DNA of 64,000 bases, from NCBI GenBank assembly GCA_964016885.1, contig OZ024747.1:59210001-59274000 (forward strand), given 5' to 3'. Both the position numbers and the translations under genes were made by a program. The notes under the pieces are model-generated. The model saw only the letters and a list, made by a program, of their open reading frames with translations, was not told the origin of the DNA and did no database searches. This DNA is from Eledone cirrhosa (Eukaryota). The stretch's first letter is position 1. Each line of letters opens with the position of its first letter. This document shows, piece by piece, positions 1 through 14,600 of the stretch.

Positions 1-59
1 TCTCTTTCTCTCTCTTTCCATACATCACTCCCACTCTCTTTCTCTCTATACCTCACTCC

Positions 60-141
<82 letters not shown>

Positions 142-1247
142 TTCACTCTCTGTCTCTTTCTCCCAGCGCATGGCTCCCATTTGCTTATAATAGTAAGAGA
201 TGGGGAGAACCAGAGAGACGGAGGTAGTGAGTGAAGGTATTTCATCATATCTTGTTTGGTATGGCCATGGAAATATTTATAGAACTGAGTTATAGAAGCA
301 ATGTCTATAGAGTATTGATAACCAAGTGTTCTTCTCTGAATCATCCACATCTTTGTGAATTTTATGTTTCTTAAGGACACAAGGTAATTTGCAAACCTTG
401 TAAAGGCTGTATATTTCTTTCTAATCAATTGTTATGAACTAATCGGTTAGCGAGTATGTTAAAGTTATCTCTGTTAGATATGATAGTTAAATATCCATGA
501 AATCTTACTCTACTGTCATAAAAATGCCAGGACGCATTCATTAAGTTACTTCTATGTAAATTATCTCTGAATAAAATCTAGTAGAGCCATGGTCTGAAAA
601 TATTTCGTCATATTTTAGATATAGAAACAACGTTATATAAAAGAAGTCTAAATTATGTCTACGAAGAGTTCCAGTCAAAACTTCAGATGTAGAAACAGAA
701 GAGGTTTCCCACCAATTCGTGTCTTTATAACTAAATCAAATTCTTCACATTTCTCTTCACACAGTGAGATAGAAATGTGAAGTATCTTAACTTCTCTTCA
801 CAACAAGGCTTGTTATTTTAGGTTAAAAAAAAAGGATACCTTACATTTTAGAATGTGTACATGTATATATATATATATGAGAGTATTGAAGTTTGCTTGA
901 AGCATTGTGGATAATAAGTAAATATCCTTAAGTCGTTTGGAAGCCTCGACAATGCAAATGGGTAAATCTCCGGGTAACAAGATCCGGTGGTGGAGAGAGA
1001 GATGTAAGTGGGTGTACGTTGAGATGCGTGGTGTGTATAAGACGTGTAGAAGAATGAAGGAAAGAGTATAAAGGATAAAATAAAAATAACAACACGAGAG
1101 AGAGTTACCTTGGGAGAGATTTAATTGTCCCTATATATTTCGGATTCACATCCATCAACTGGGGTTTTTTTCCGGGGTGGGGGAAAGGTTGTCTATGCAT
1201 GTATGTATTTACTCACATATACAACCACAGACATTCATACACACACA

Positions 1248-1336
<89 letters not shown>

Positions 1337-1539
1337 ATTTACACATAGATACACACACACACATATACATATATTTATATATATATATATATATATATGT
1401 ATTTACAAACACACCACACACACACATAAACAAATATATGTATATATATATTTGTGTATATGTATATGTTTGTATATGTCTGTACATGTGTGTATATGTA
1501 TATGTATGTATATGTCTGTATATGTGTAAATATGCATAC

Positions 1540-1595
<56 letters not shown>

Positions 1596-1879
1596 TGTAT
1601 ATACACACATACACACGTACAAAGCAGTGATATATGTGCGCGCCCGTGCGTGTGTGTGTGTGTGTGTTCGTGTATTTCTGAATGTGTGTATACATGGTGT
1701 TTGGTGTTGTCATTGACCAAGATCCTTACTACTAGAATCTCCCAATTATATTTGACCAATTTCTTCAGTCCAAGACTAACAGACATCAACAATGTAAACA
1801 TCTCTAATCAGAGATTCTTTAGACCAAACATTACCTTGAAATTATAGGTTAGCAAGCGTTTGATTTATTACTAAACACC

Positions 1880-4740
1880 ACATCACTACCACAACTACTA
1901 CCATCACCTCCACCACTACTACTACTACCATTACCACTGTCATTAATACTATCATTGCTAGCTCATCTCTACCACTGCCGCTGCCACTAACGATACCACT
2001 ACCACTACATCACTACCACAACCATTACCTCTACCACTACCACTACCACTACTACTACATCACTACCCCAACCATTATTTCTACCACTACCTCAACCATT
2101 ACCTCTACCACTACATCACTACCACAACCATTACCACTATCACTACCACTACCAATACCACTACCACTACATCACTACCACAACCATTACTTCTACCACT
2201 ACCACAACCATTACCACTACCACAGCCATTACCTCTACCACTACATCACTACCACAACCATTATCTCTACCTCTACCACTACCACAACAATTACCTCTAC
2301 CACTGCATCACTACCACAACCATTACCTCTACCACTATCAATACCAATACCACTACCACTACATCACTACCACAACCATTACCTCTACCACTACCAATAC
2401 CAATACCACTACCACTACATCATTACCACAACCATTACCTCTACCACTACCACTAACACTACATCACTACTACAAACATAACCTCTACCACAAACATTAC
2501 CTCTACTTCTACCACTACCACAACCATTGCCACTACCACTACCTCTACCACTACCACTACATCACTACCACAACCATTACCTCTACCACTACCACTACCA
2601 CAACCATTACCACTACCACTACCAATACCTCTACCACTACCACTACATCACTACCACAACCATTATCTCTACCACTACCACTACCAATGACAATGCCACT
2701 ACCACTACCTCTACCACTACCACTACATCACTACTATAACCATTACCTCTACCACTACAACTACCACTACCACCACCACTACCACAACAATTACCTCTAC
2801 CATTACCACTACCACTAAATCACTACCACAAACATTACCACTACCAATACCACTACCACTACCACCACCACTACCACAACCACAACCATTACCTCTACCA
2901 CTACCACTACCACTACCACTACCACAACCATTACCTCTACCATTACCACTACCACTACCACTACCACTACCACTACCACTACCACTAACACTACATCACT
3001 ACATCACTACCACACCATTACCACTACCACTACCACTACCACTACCACCACCATTACCTCTACCATTACCTCTACCACTACCACTACCACAACCATTACC
3101 TCTACCACTACCACTACATCACTACCACAACCATTACCTCTACCACTACCACCACATCAACCATTACCACTAATACTATCATTATTACTATCACTGTCAC
3201 TACCACTACCACTACCACTTCTACTACTACAACCTTTACCTCTTCTATTATCTCTACCACGTCTACTACCACTACCACAACCTCTACCCCTTCTACTACC
3301 ACTACCACAACCTCTACCACGTCTACTACCACTACCACAACCTCTACCACGTCTACTACCACTACCACAACCTCTACCACGTCTACTACCACTACCACAA
3401 CCTCTACCCCTTCTACTACCACTACCACAACCTCTACCCCTTCTACTATCACTACCACAACCTCTACCACGTCTATTACCACTACCACAACCTCTACCAC
3501 GTCTACTACCACTACCACAACCTCTACCACGTCTACTACCACTACCACCACCTCTACCACGTCTACTACCACTACCACAACCTCTACCCCTTCTACTACC
3601 ACTACCACAACCTCTACCCCGTCTACTACCACTACCACAACCTCTACCACGTGTACTACCACTACCTCTACCCCTTCTACTGTCACTACCACAACCTCTA
3701 CCACGTCTACTACCACTACCACAACCTCTACCACGTCTACTACCACTACCACAACCTCTACCCCTTCTACTACCACTACCACAACCTCTACCCCTTCTAC
3801 TATCACTACCACTACCACGTCTACTACCACTACCACAACCTCTACCACGTCTACTACCACTACCACAACCTCTACCACGTCTACTACCACTACCTCTACC
3901 CCTTCTACTGTCACTACCACAACCTCTACCACGTCTACTACCACTACCACAACCTCTACCACGTCTACTACCACAACCTCTACCCCTTCTACTACCACTA
4001 CCACAACCTCTACCCCTTCTACTATCACTACCACAACCTCTACCCCTTCTACTACCACTACCACAACCTCTACAACGTCTACTACCACAACCTCTACCAC
4101 GTCTACTACCACTACCACAACCTCTACCACGTCTACTACCACTACCACAACCTCTACCACGTCTACTACCACTACCTCTACCCCTTCTACTGTCACTACC
4201 ACAACCTCTACCACGTCTACTACCACTACCACAACCTCTACCACGTCTACTACCACTACCACAACCTCTACCACGTCTACTACCACTACCACAACCTCTA
4301 CCCCTTCTACTACCACTACCACAACCTCTACCCCTTCTACTACCACTACCACAACCTCTACCACGTCTACTACCACTACCACAACCTCTACCCCTTCTAC
4401 TATCACTACCACAACCTCTACCACGTCTACTACCACTACCACAACCCCTTCTACTACCACTACCACAACCTCTACCACGTGTACTACCACTACCACAACC
4501 CCTTCTACTACCACTACCACAACCTCTACCACGTGTACTACCACTACCACCACCTCTACCCCTTCTACTATCACTACCACAACCTCTACCACGTCTACTA
4601 CCACAACCTCTACCACGTCTACTACCACAACCTCTACCACGTCTACTACCACTACCACAACCTCTACCACGTCTACTACCACTACCACAACCTCTACCAC
4701 GTCTACTACCACTACCACACCACTACCACTACCACTGTCA
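1880..4740. repeat. CAC/TAC-rich minisatellite; ~30-bp unit TCTACTACCACTACCACAACCTCTACCACG from ~3250
   Basis: Direct reading of tandem units. The Val-rich and Tyr/His-rich ORFs here are by-products of the repeat. Confidence 0.95.
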
Positions 4741-4820
4741 CAACTATTACATCTCTACCTTTAATATTTACACTACAACTGTAATGTTGGTAGAATATAT
4801 ATAACATTTATAGTAGATTG

Positions 4821-4860
<40 letters not shown>

Positions 4861-4907
4861 GAGAGAGAGAGAGAGAGGGAGGAGAGAGAGGAGATTGATA
4901 TCTCTCA

Positions 4908-4978
<71 letters not shown>

Positions 4979-5111
4979 CAAAGGGATATTTAATTTGTTG
5001 GTAATTCAACAAATATATATATTTATAACAGATTCGAAGCACTCGACAAGTTTTCTGGAGTATAATATCAATGATATTAATAAATGGAAACTATATTTAC
5101 AAAACCATATT

Positions 5112-5172
5112 TATTCTATTATATATATTTCAAGGGTACCAAAACTTTGGAACGCTCTCATCAGATAAAATA
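5112..5172 (-). ncRNA. Type I hammerhead ribozyme (left arm of foldback)
   Basis: Minus strand reads TATTTTAT-CTGATGA-GAGCGTTCCAAAGTTTTGGTACCCTT-GAAA-TATATA-TA|ATAGAATA: 8-bp stem I, stem II, palindromic stem III, AUA cleavage triplet. Confidence 0.75.
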
Positions 5173-5297
5173 CAAAGTTTGTTTTATAAATATTGACATA
5201 TCCAGGAATGAGACCTTAACGTTTCAAGTTTTACCTGGATAGTTTATCCGTTAAGGTCTCGTTCCTGGATATGTCAATATTTATAAAACAAACTTTG

Positions 5298-5358
5298 TAT
5301 TTCGTCTGATGAGAGCGTTCCAAAGTTTTGGTACCCTTGAAATATATATAATAGAATA
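5298..5358 (+). ncRNA. Type I hammerhead ribozyme (right arm copy, two stem I substitutions)
   Basis: TATTTCGT-CTGATGA-stem II-GAAA-TATATATA-ATAGAATA. Confidence 0.65.
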
Positions 5359-5491
5359 AATATGGTTTTGTAAATATAGTTTCCATTTATTAATATCATT
5401 GATATTATACTACAGAAAACTTGTCGAGTGCTTCGAATCTGTTATAAATATATATATTTGTTGAATTACCAACAAATTAAATATCCCTTTG

Positions 5492-5545
<54 letters not shown>

Positions 5546-5586
5546 CGAAACATAAGTCAATTGCATGAACTCATAATCCTTTATTT

Positions 5587-5642
5587 ACTGCTATATATAT
5601 TTCGATGATAGCCATTGAATGGCTATGACCTCATCAGGCAGT
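5587..5642 (-). ncRNA. Type I hammerhead ribozyme
   Basis: Minus strand reads ACTGC-CTGATGA-GGTCATAGCCAT(TCA)ATGGCTATCATC-GAAA-TATATA-TA|GCAGT. Lies in a ~150-bp island between (TA)n tracts. Confidence 0.8.
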
Positions 5643-5692
5643 TAGTCAGTTCTTAGATAAGCCAGCTCTGTGTTTATGGTGTTCATATATAC

Positions 5693-5776
<84 letters not shown>

Positions 5777-5849
5777 GTATATATATAAATTATGTATATA
5801 TAGTAAATATATATATACATATGTATATATATAAATTATGTATATATAG

Positions 5850-6365
<516 letters not shown>

Positions 6366-6496
6366 ATTGTTGAGTGCTCCAGCCTGCATACTAAGGTGTC
6401 GGTAAACAACTAACACTTACTCAAAATTTATATATATATATATATATACAGAGAGTTACAGAGGGAGAAAATGGGAGAGTGAGTGAGAGAGAGAGG

Positions 6497-6592
<96 letters not shown>

Positions 6593-6889
6593 AAGGTATG
6601 CAGAAATGAATTTAAAGAGAGTACGAAGTTAAAACAAGAAAACCCAAAAGGAATGAAGAACTATTATTGGTTTGTTAAAATTACTAGAATGTTCCATGAC
6701 ACTGGTCCTCATAGACCATTGGTCTCATCTCTCTTTGCCATCCCAGGTTCCCTCACCGCCATATTGTGAATTGTCATCTTGTAATGTTTCACCTGAGCAC
6801 TATATTAAAGGAAGCAAGCTTTTCCAACCTCAGTAATTGTATATAGTCCCAAACGAGATGAAGTCTGAAGTAGGCTCTTTAGGTTTCTT

Positions 6890-7405
6890 TCGTGTGTATG
6901 TTTGTGTTTGTGTGTCTGTGTCCATATTGTTTGTGTGTGTGTTTGTGTGTGTGTTTGTGCTTGTGTGTTTGTGTGTGTGTCTGTGTGTGTCTCTGTATGT
7001 GTGTGTATTTGTATGTGTGTGTGTGTGTGTGTGTGTCTATCAGTATGTGTGTCAGTGTGTGTTTGTGTTTGTGTATGTGCGTGTATGTTTGTGTGTGTGT
7101 GTGTGTCTATGTGTGTCTGTGTGCGTCTCTGTATGTGTGTTTGTATGTGTGTATGTGTGTGTGTGTATGTGTGTGTGTATGCGTGTATGTGTGTGTGTGT
7201 ATGTGTGTGTGTGTTTTCCTGTGTCTGTCAGTGTGTGTCCCTGTGTGTATGTGCGTGTGTGTGTGTCTTTGTGTATGTGTGTTTCTCTGTTTCTGTATGT
7301 GTGTGTGTCTGTGAGTGTGTATATGTGTGTCTGTATGTGTGTGTGTGTGTGTGCCAGTGTGTAAATGCGTATGTGTGTTTGTGTGTGAGTGTGTATATGT
7401 GTGTC

Positions 7406-7455
<50 letters not shown>

Positions 7456-7515
7456 AGTGTGTGCCCCTGTGTGTAAATGCGTATGTGTGTTTGTGTGTGC
7501 GGATGTCTGTGTGTG
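6890..7515. repeat. Degenerate (TG)n microsatellite
   Basis: Direct reading. Confidence 0.95.
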
Positions 7516-7614
7516 ATCCCACTTCCATCGTTCTTTAATTTGATATATAGTCTATACAATAATCTCTCCTGGTTTAGATTCCTCTCCTGTCCCTCACTTA
7601 GCTAAAACACCCCA

Positions 7615-8168
7615 CCCCCACCACCACCACCAATACCACTACCACCACCACCACCAATAACATTACCACCATCACCACTACCACTACCACCACCATCACC
7701 ACTACCACTACCACCACCAATACCACTACTACCACCACCACCACTACCACTACCACCACCACCATTACCACCACCACTACAACTACCACTACAACCACCA
7801 CTACAACCACCACTACAACCAACACTACAACCACCACTACCACTTCCACCACCACCACCACCACTACCACCACCACTACAACCACTACCACCACCACTAC
7901 CACCACCACTACCACCACTACTACCACCACTCTACAACCACTACCCCACCACTACCACCACTACCCCACGACTACCACCACCACTACCACCATTACCACC
8001 ACTACCCCCACCACTACCACCACAACCCCCACCACTACCACCACCACTACCACCACTACCACCACCACTACCACCACTACCCCACCACTACCACCACCAC
8101 TACCACCACCACCACCACCACCACTACCACCACCACTACCACCACTACCCCACCACTACCACCACCAC
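7615..8168. repeat. (CAC/TAC)n low-complexity tract
   Basis: Direct reading. Confidence 0.95.
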
Positions 8169-8386
8169 TTGTTTGGGTGCCAAGTGCCTCAGGTTTAAAA
8201 GCCACAGTTCTATAGACAGTGTCAGATATTGGGTGGAATTCTATGCTGGAGGTGATGTAAGGGATGAGAAAGATGTACGTTAGATTCCAGGAAATGATGT
8301 TCCATCGTTAACATGAAAACCAAGAGAATGAAATAGAATGAGTCGGTTAGACAGGACGACGTCAGGCTTGTATTGTGAATTTAAAA

Positions 8387-8820
8387 CAAAGGTTCTCAAA
8401 CTTTTGGGGGCACCATCCCCTTCACAGCCACGTAATACCCTCAGCGCACCCCACCCCTATTTCCAGAAACATCTGCTAACACGCAAATTGTAAATAATAT
8501 ATAATGAGTAAAATCGTTAATTTATATATAATAGATAATATAATATATATTATGTATAAATAAATATATATAATTTTTATTTTACTATATTTATAATGAG
8601 TTGTCAAGGATGGAATTTGTAGAAATGTGTAGAAACAAAACAAATATCTACAAATTTCATTCTTGACGACCCAATATATAATATGTATCATTTGATATTT
8701 AATATACTATTATATCATCTATATCCTTCCTTAGGCTGCAGCGACCCTATGCAGCGACCTCATGGATCTTCTTAACGCTCCCCGGGGGGGGGGGGGTAAC
8801 CCCCACATTGAGAACCAGTG
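8387..8820. mobile_element. hAT (Charlie-like) MITE
   Basis: Ends CAAAGGTTCTCAA / TTGAGAACCAGTG (degenerate CAGTGGTTCTCAA-type TIR). The 8-bp flanks ATTTAAAA / ATGTAAAG resemble a decayed TSD. Confidence 0.7.
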
Positions 8821-8979
8821 ATGTAAAGTATACTGATAAACATTCTATCACTCCATTATTTTTATGTCTACATGTAAGGTATTGGATGGCAATGATAGTG
8901 TTATAAAATACCACAATACATTGATTGTCTACGCAATAGTAAAGAATGTTTTGATTACATATATCTATATACATTACTG

Positions 8980-9284
8980 AGATCAGAGTCTCAAAGTTGT
9001 AAGAATAAATATGAGAGAGTCGTTTTTTACCCATGGACAGTTATATGTAGGTTGTTCAGGAGTAGGAATACCTAGAAATCTTCATATACTATGCACGAAT
9101 GGTAAAAGGAAGAATGTAGTGTATCTGGAGGATTTTTTTACTGTTTTTTGTTTTATCACACACACGCAGATATCACGGTCTCCCCGCATAGTGTAAAACA
9201 GACAAACATCCAATACAGTCATTTATCTTCTACCTGTCTTATCTTATCATCAGTTTACGGAGGCGTCGCTGGGTACCTCAGCTA

Positions 9285-9285
<1 letters not shown>
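8980..9285 (+). mobile_element. Helitron 3' remnant (RepHel/PIF1 helicase C-terminus plus CTAG end)
   Basis: QSLKVVRINMRESFFTHGQLYVGCSGV...KNVVY resembles the GQSL..FSHGQLYVA.SRV motif. A GC-rich subterminal segment is followed by CTAG|T at 9282-9286. Confidence 0.8.
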
Positions 9286-9344
<59 letters not shown>

Positions 9345-9500
9345 TTGAGATCATGTATGTGTGTTGTCCGCGTCTTGTTCACAAACTACAAAAGATACAG
9401 CTACACACACTCACACACACACACTGTCAACTCTCACACACACACATATATATATATGTATATATATATATAAGTATGTGTTATATCGAATAATAATAAT

Positions 9501-9689
9501 TGTTTCTACTTTTGGCACAAGGCCACCAATTATCCCAGTGTATTACTGGTACTTTATTTTATCGACCCCTGTAAGGATGAGAGGCAAAGTTAACCTTGGC
9601 GGGATTTGAACTCAGACCATAAAGGGTCGTAACTCTTTGCTGCAAAGCATGGCGTCCGACCCTCTACCGATACTGCCAATCCACCGCCT
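9501..9689 (-). mobile_element. tRNA-derived SINE (family S1), full length, 17-bp TSD
   Basis: A-box-like TGGCAGTATCGG, B-box GAGTTCAAATCC, central TCATCCTTAC..GGGGTCGATAAAATAAAGTACCAG (Deu/Nin-domain-like). TSD TATCGAATAATAATAAT at 9484-9500 and 9690-9706. Confidence 0.9.
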
Positions 9690-9779
9690 TATCGAATAAT
9701 AATAATAGTATTCGATTAGTTTGGTGTGTTGGGCCTTGATGGCTATCGCCATCCATTTGTTCAACAGCAGCATCGAGGA

Positions 9780-9822
9780 ACAATCAACATGTTTCTAGGT
9801 CATTACCCTTCATCAGGACTGT
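9780..9822 (-). ncRNA. Minimal type I hammerhead ribozyme
   Basis: Minus strand reads ACAGTC-CTGATGA-AGGGT(AATG)ACCTA-GAAAC-AT-GTT|GATTGT, with palindromic ACATGT stem III. Confidence 0.75.
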
Positions 9823-10099
9823 ATACCTCTATACTACTCGATTGAACTGTTGAAAATATATAATTTTCTACATTACACATCGAATGATTAGCATCATTTG
9901 CATAATAGCGATTTAACTTTATTATACACTTCGGCTGATATATATATATATATAAGAGTGTGTGTGTGTTTGCGTGCGTGTGTGTGTATGCATATATGTA
10001 TGTATGCATGCATTTGTGTATGTGTGCATGCATGTATGTATATATGTATGTATATATGTATGTATAAATGTATGTATATATGTATATATGTATATGTGA

Positions 10100-10207
10100 A
10101 GGCGTGTGGCTGAGTGGTTAGAGAATTGGATTCGCAATCGTAAGGTTGTGAGTTCGATTCCTGAACCAGGTGATGCGTTATGTCCTTGAGCAAGACACTT
10201 TATTTCA
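10100..10207 (+). mobile_element. tRNA-derived SINE head
   Basis: A box TGGCTGAGTGG, B box GAGTTCGATTCC, then TGTCCTTGAGCAAGACACTT. Confidence 0.75.
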
Positions 10208-10361
10208 GGTTTTGTTTTTAGTCCTGCAGGATGTCCAAAGTCACCCTCCTCACCAAGAAACCTTGGTGGGGTTGCCAGTTTAGTCGCCAACGACCCGACC
10301 ATGAGACATACATACATACATACATATATGCATACATACATACATACATATATACATGCAT

Positions 10362-10425
<64 letters not shown>

Positions 10426-10891
10426 ATGTATGTATGTATGTATATATATATATATATGTATGTATGTATATATATGACCCCTTAGCGATGACCCCTTAGC
10501 CTTTGTCAAGGCAGAATTCTAGGAGAAGGAAAACTCTGATATAACACCTGCAACCCTGATGGTATCCAATGATGTTGACTTGTTCTTCTTTTTGGTAAAT
10601 ATCATCTTGGTTAAGAGAGTGTGACTGGCTTTGTGCAGTGCCTTTGCTCACTATAAAAGCTTCATGGCACAGGCATTGCTTTGTATCTGGAGATCTCTCT
10701 GCACTTGTCGTCACATGGTACCATGGGCCCAGCACTATGTGTCAATAATTGTCACAAGTGTAGTGTTTGTACCAGAGTTTTCAAGTCGCTGGCTGGACTA
10801 TAAAGTCACACTCGTTCAGCGCATCGGTAGGGGTTCTCCTACATGGATATAAAGTAATGGCCGTACTCGAAAACGAGTTGGCAGCCACCAA

Positions 10892-10937
<46 letters not shown>

Positions 10938-10958
10938 ATGCATGTATGTATGTATGTA

Positions 10959-10990
<32 letters not shown>

Positions 10991-11609
10991 AGTATATATA
11001 TATATGCGTATGCGTATCTATGTGTGTGTACAGTGGGGAGGGTCTCTAGATAACTGTCTTCAGTACAACTTCGTAATTCTTCAATTCTAGCCTCAACCCA
11101 CATCCCACCTTTCACCGCCTCCACCACCTCTTCCACCTCCACCACCATCCTCTGCCTCCACCACCTCCACCTTCACCTCCTATACCGCACACCACCACCA
11201 CTACCACCACCCCTCTCTTTCTTCCTGCCCACCACCACCACCACCACCTCCTCTACCTCCACCACCACTACCTCTCTCTCTTCCTCCAACACCACCACCT
11301 CCACCCCCACCACTTCCACTCCACCCCACCACCACCACCATCTCTCTCTTCCACCCGCATTCAACCTCTCTACACCCACCCCCCTCCACATCCTCATCTT
11401 CCACTTTATTACAAATTCAACAAAAAAAAAGAGAAAAAAGTTCAACAATTTTTTCTGTTACTTTAGATTTTTTTTTAGATATTTAAAAAAAATATATTTC
11501 CCCTTCGAGAATATTGAGGGGGACGGGGGGGGGGCTGTTTATTTTGGTTTTTATATATATTTGTTTTATTGTATTTGTTTGTTTAGCGTTATCTTTCTCC
11601 CTTCCTCCT

Positions 11610-14600
11610 CCACCACCACACCACCACCACCACTACCACCACCACTACTAACAACAGCAGCACTACCACCATCACCACCACCAACACCACCATCTCTACC
11701 GACAAAACCAACACTACCGCCGCCGACACCACCGGCACCCCTACCACAACCAGCACTACCACAACCACTGCCAACAAATACAACAACACCAACACCACTA
11801 CCACCACCACCAACACCACTATCACTACCAACACCACTACCACCACCAACACCACTATCACTACCAACACCACTACCAACACCACTACCACCACCAACAC
11901 CACTATCACTACCAACACCACTACCAACACCACTACCACCACCAACACCACTATCACTACCAACACCACTACCACCACCAACACCACTACCACCACCAAC
12001 ACCACTATCACTACCAACACCACTACCACTACCAACACCACCACCAACACCACTACCACCACCAACACCACTACCACCACCAACACCACTATCACTACCA
12101 ACGCCACTACCACTACCAACACCACTACCACTACCAACACCACTACCACCACCAACACCACTATCACTACCAACACCACTACCACCACCAACACCACTAC
12201 CATCACCAACACCACTATCACTACCAACACCACTACCACCACCAACACCACTACCACCACCAACACCACTATCACTACCAACACCACTACCACCACCAAC
12301 ACCACTACCACCACCAACACCACTATCACCACCAACACCACTACCACCATCAACACCACTACCACCATCAACACCACTACCACCACCAACGCCACTACCA
12401 CCACCAACACCACTATCACTACCAACACCACTACCACTACCAACACCACCACCAACACCACTACCACCACCAACACCACTATCACTACCAACGCCACTAC
12501 CACTACCAACACCACTACCACTACCAACACCACTACCACCACCAACACCACTATCACTACCAACACCACTACCGCCACCAACACCACTACCACCACCAAC
12601 ACCACTATCACTACCAACACCACTACCACCACCAACACCACTACCACCACCAACACCACTATCACTACCAACACCACTACCACCACCAACACCACTACCA
12701 ACACCACTACCAACACCACTACCACCACCAACACCACTACCACCACCAACACCACTATCACTACCAACACCACTACCACTACCAACACCACTACCACCAC
12801 CAACACCACTACCACCACCAACACCACTATCACTACCAACACCACTACCACCACCACCAACACCACTATCACTACCAACACCACTACCACTACCAACACC
12901 ACTACCACCACCAACACCACTATCACCACCAACACCACTACCACCATCAACACCACTACCACCACCAACACCACTACCACCACCAACACCACTATCACTA
13001 CCAACACCACTACCACTACCAACAGCACCACCAACACCACTATCACTACCAACACCACTACCACCACCAACACCACTACCACCACCAACACCACTATCAC
13101 TACCAACACCACTATCACTACCAACACCACTATCACTACCAACACCACTACCACTACCAACACCACTACCAACACCACTATCACTACCAACACCACTACC
13201 ACTACCAACACCACTACCAACACCACTATCACTACCAACACCACTATCACTACCAACACCACTACCACTACCAACACCACTACCAACACCACTATCACTA
13301 CCAACACCACTACCAACACCACTATCACTACCAACACCACTACCACCACCAACACCACTACCACCACCAACACCACTATCACTACCAACACCACTACCAC
13401 TACCAACACCACCACCAACACCACTATCACTACCAACACCACTACCACCACCAACACCTCTATCACTACCAACACCACTACCACCACCAACACCACTACC
13501 ACCACCAACACCACTACCACTACCAACACCACCACCAACACCACTATCACTACCAACACCACTACCACCACCAACACCACTATCACTACCAACACCACTA
13601 CCACCACCAACACCACTACCACCACCAACACCACTACCACTACCAACACCACCACCAACACCACTATCACTACCAACACCACTACCACCACCAACACCTC
13701 TATCACTACCAACACCACTACCACCACCAACACCACTACCACCACCAACACCACTACCACTACCAACACCACCACCAACACCACTATCACTACCAACACC
13801 ACCACCAACACCACTATCACTACCAACACCACTACCACCACCAACACCTCTATCACTACCAACACCACTACCACCACCAACACCACTACCACCACCAACA
13901 CCACTACCACTACCAACACCACCACCAACACCACTATCACTACCAACACCACTACCACCACCAACACCTCTATCACTACCAACACCACTACCACCACCAA
14001 CACCACTATCACTACCAACACCACCACCAACACCACTATCACTACCAACACCACCACCAACACCACTATCACTACCAACACCACTACCACCACCAACACC
14101 ACTACCACCACCAACACCACTACCACCACCAACGTCACTATCACTACCAACACCACTACCACCACCAACACCTCTATCACTACCAACACCACTACCACCA
14201 CCAACACCACTATCACTACCAACACCACCACCAACACCACTATCACTACCAACACCACTATCACTACCAACACCACTATCACTACCAACACCACTACTAC
14301 CACCAACACCACTGCCAACACTACCAACACCACTACCACCACCAACGCCACTACCACTTCCAACACCACTACCACCACCAACACCACTATCACTACCAAC
14401 ACCACTATCACTACCAACACCACTACCACCACCAACACCACTACTACCACCAACACCACTGCCAACACTACCAACACTACTACCACTACCACCACCAACA
14501 CCATTGCCAACACTACCACAAGGCCAACCACTAACAACAATAACAACAACAGTAGCACATCACCATCACTATCAACACTGCCACATACAGCACTATAACA

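Larger units (their letters stand above)
4976..5494. mobile_element. (TA)n-flanked foldback element, ~246-bp near-perfect inverted arms, each carrying a hammerhead motif (Penelope-like non-autonomous element)
   Basis: Arms 4976-5221 and 5249-5494 are reverse complements with few mismatches; 27-nt spacer; long (TA)n on both sides. Confidence 0.85.

Noticed and set aside
9501-9689. tRNA gene
   Set aside because: A and B boxes are present but there is no cloverleaf; it is multi-copy with TSDs, so a SINE.
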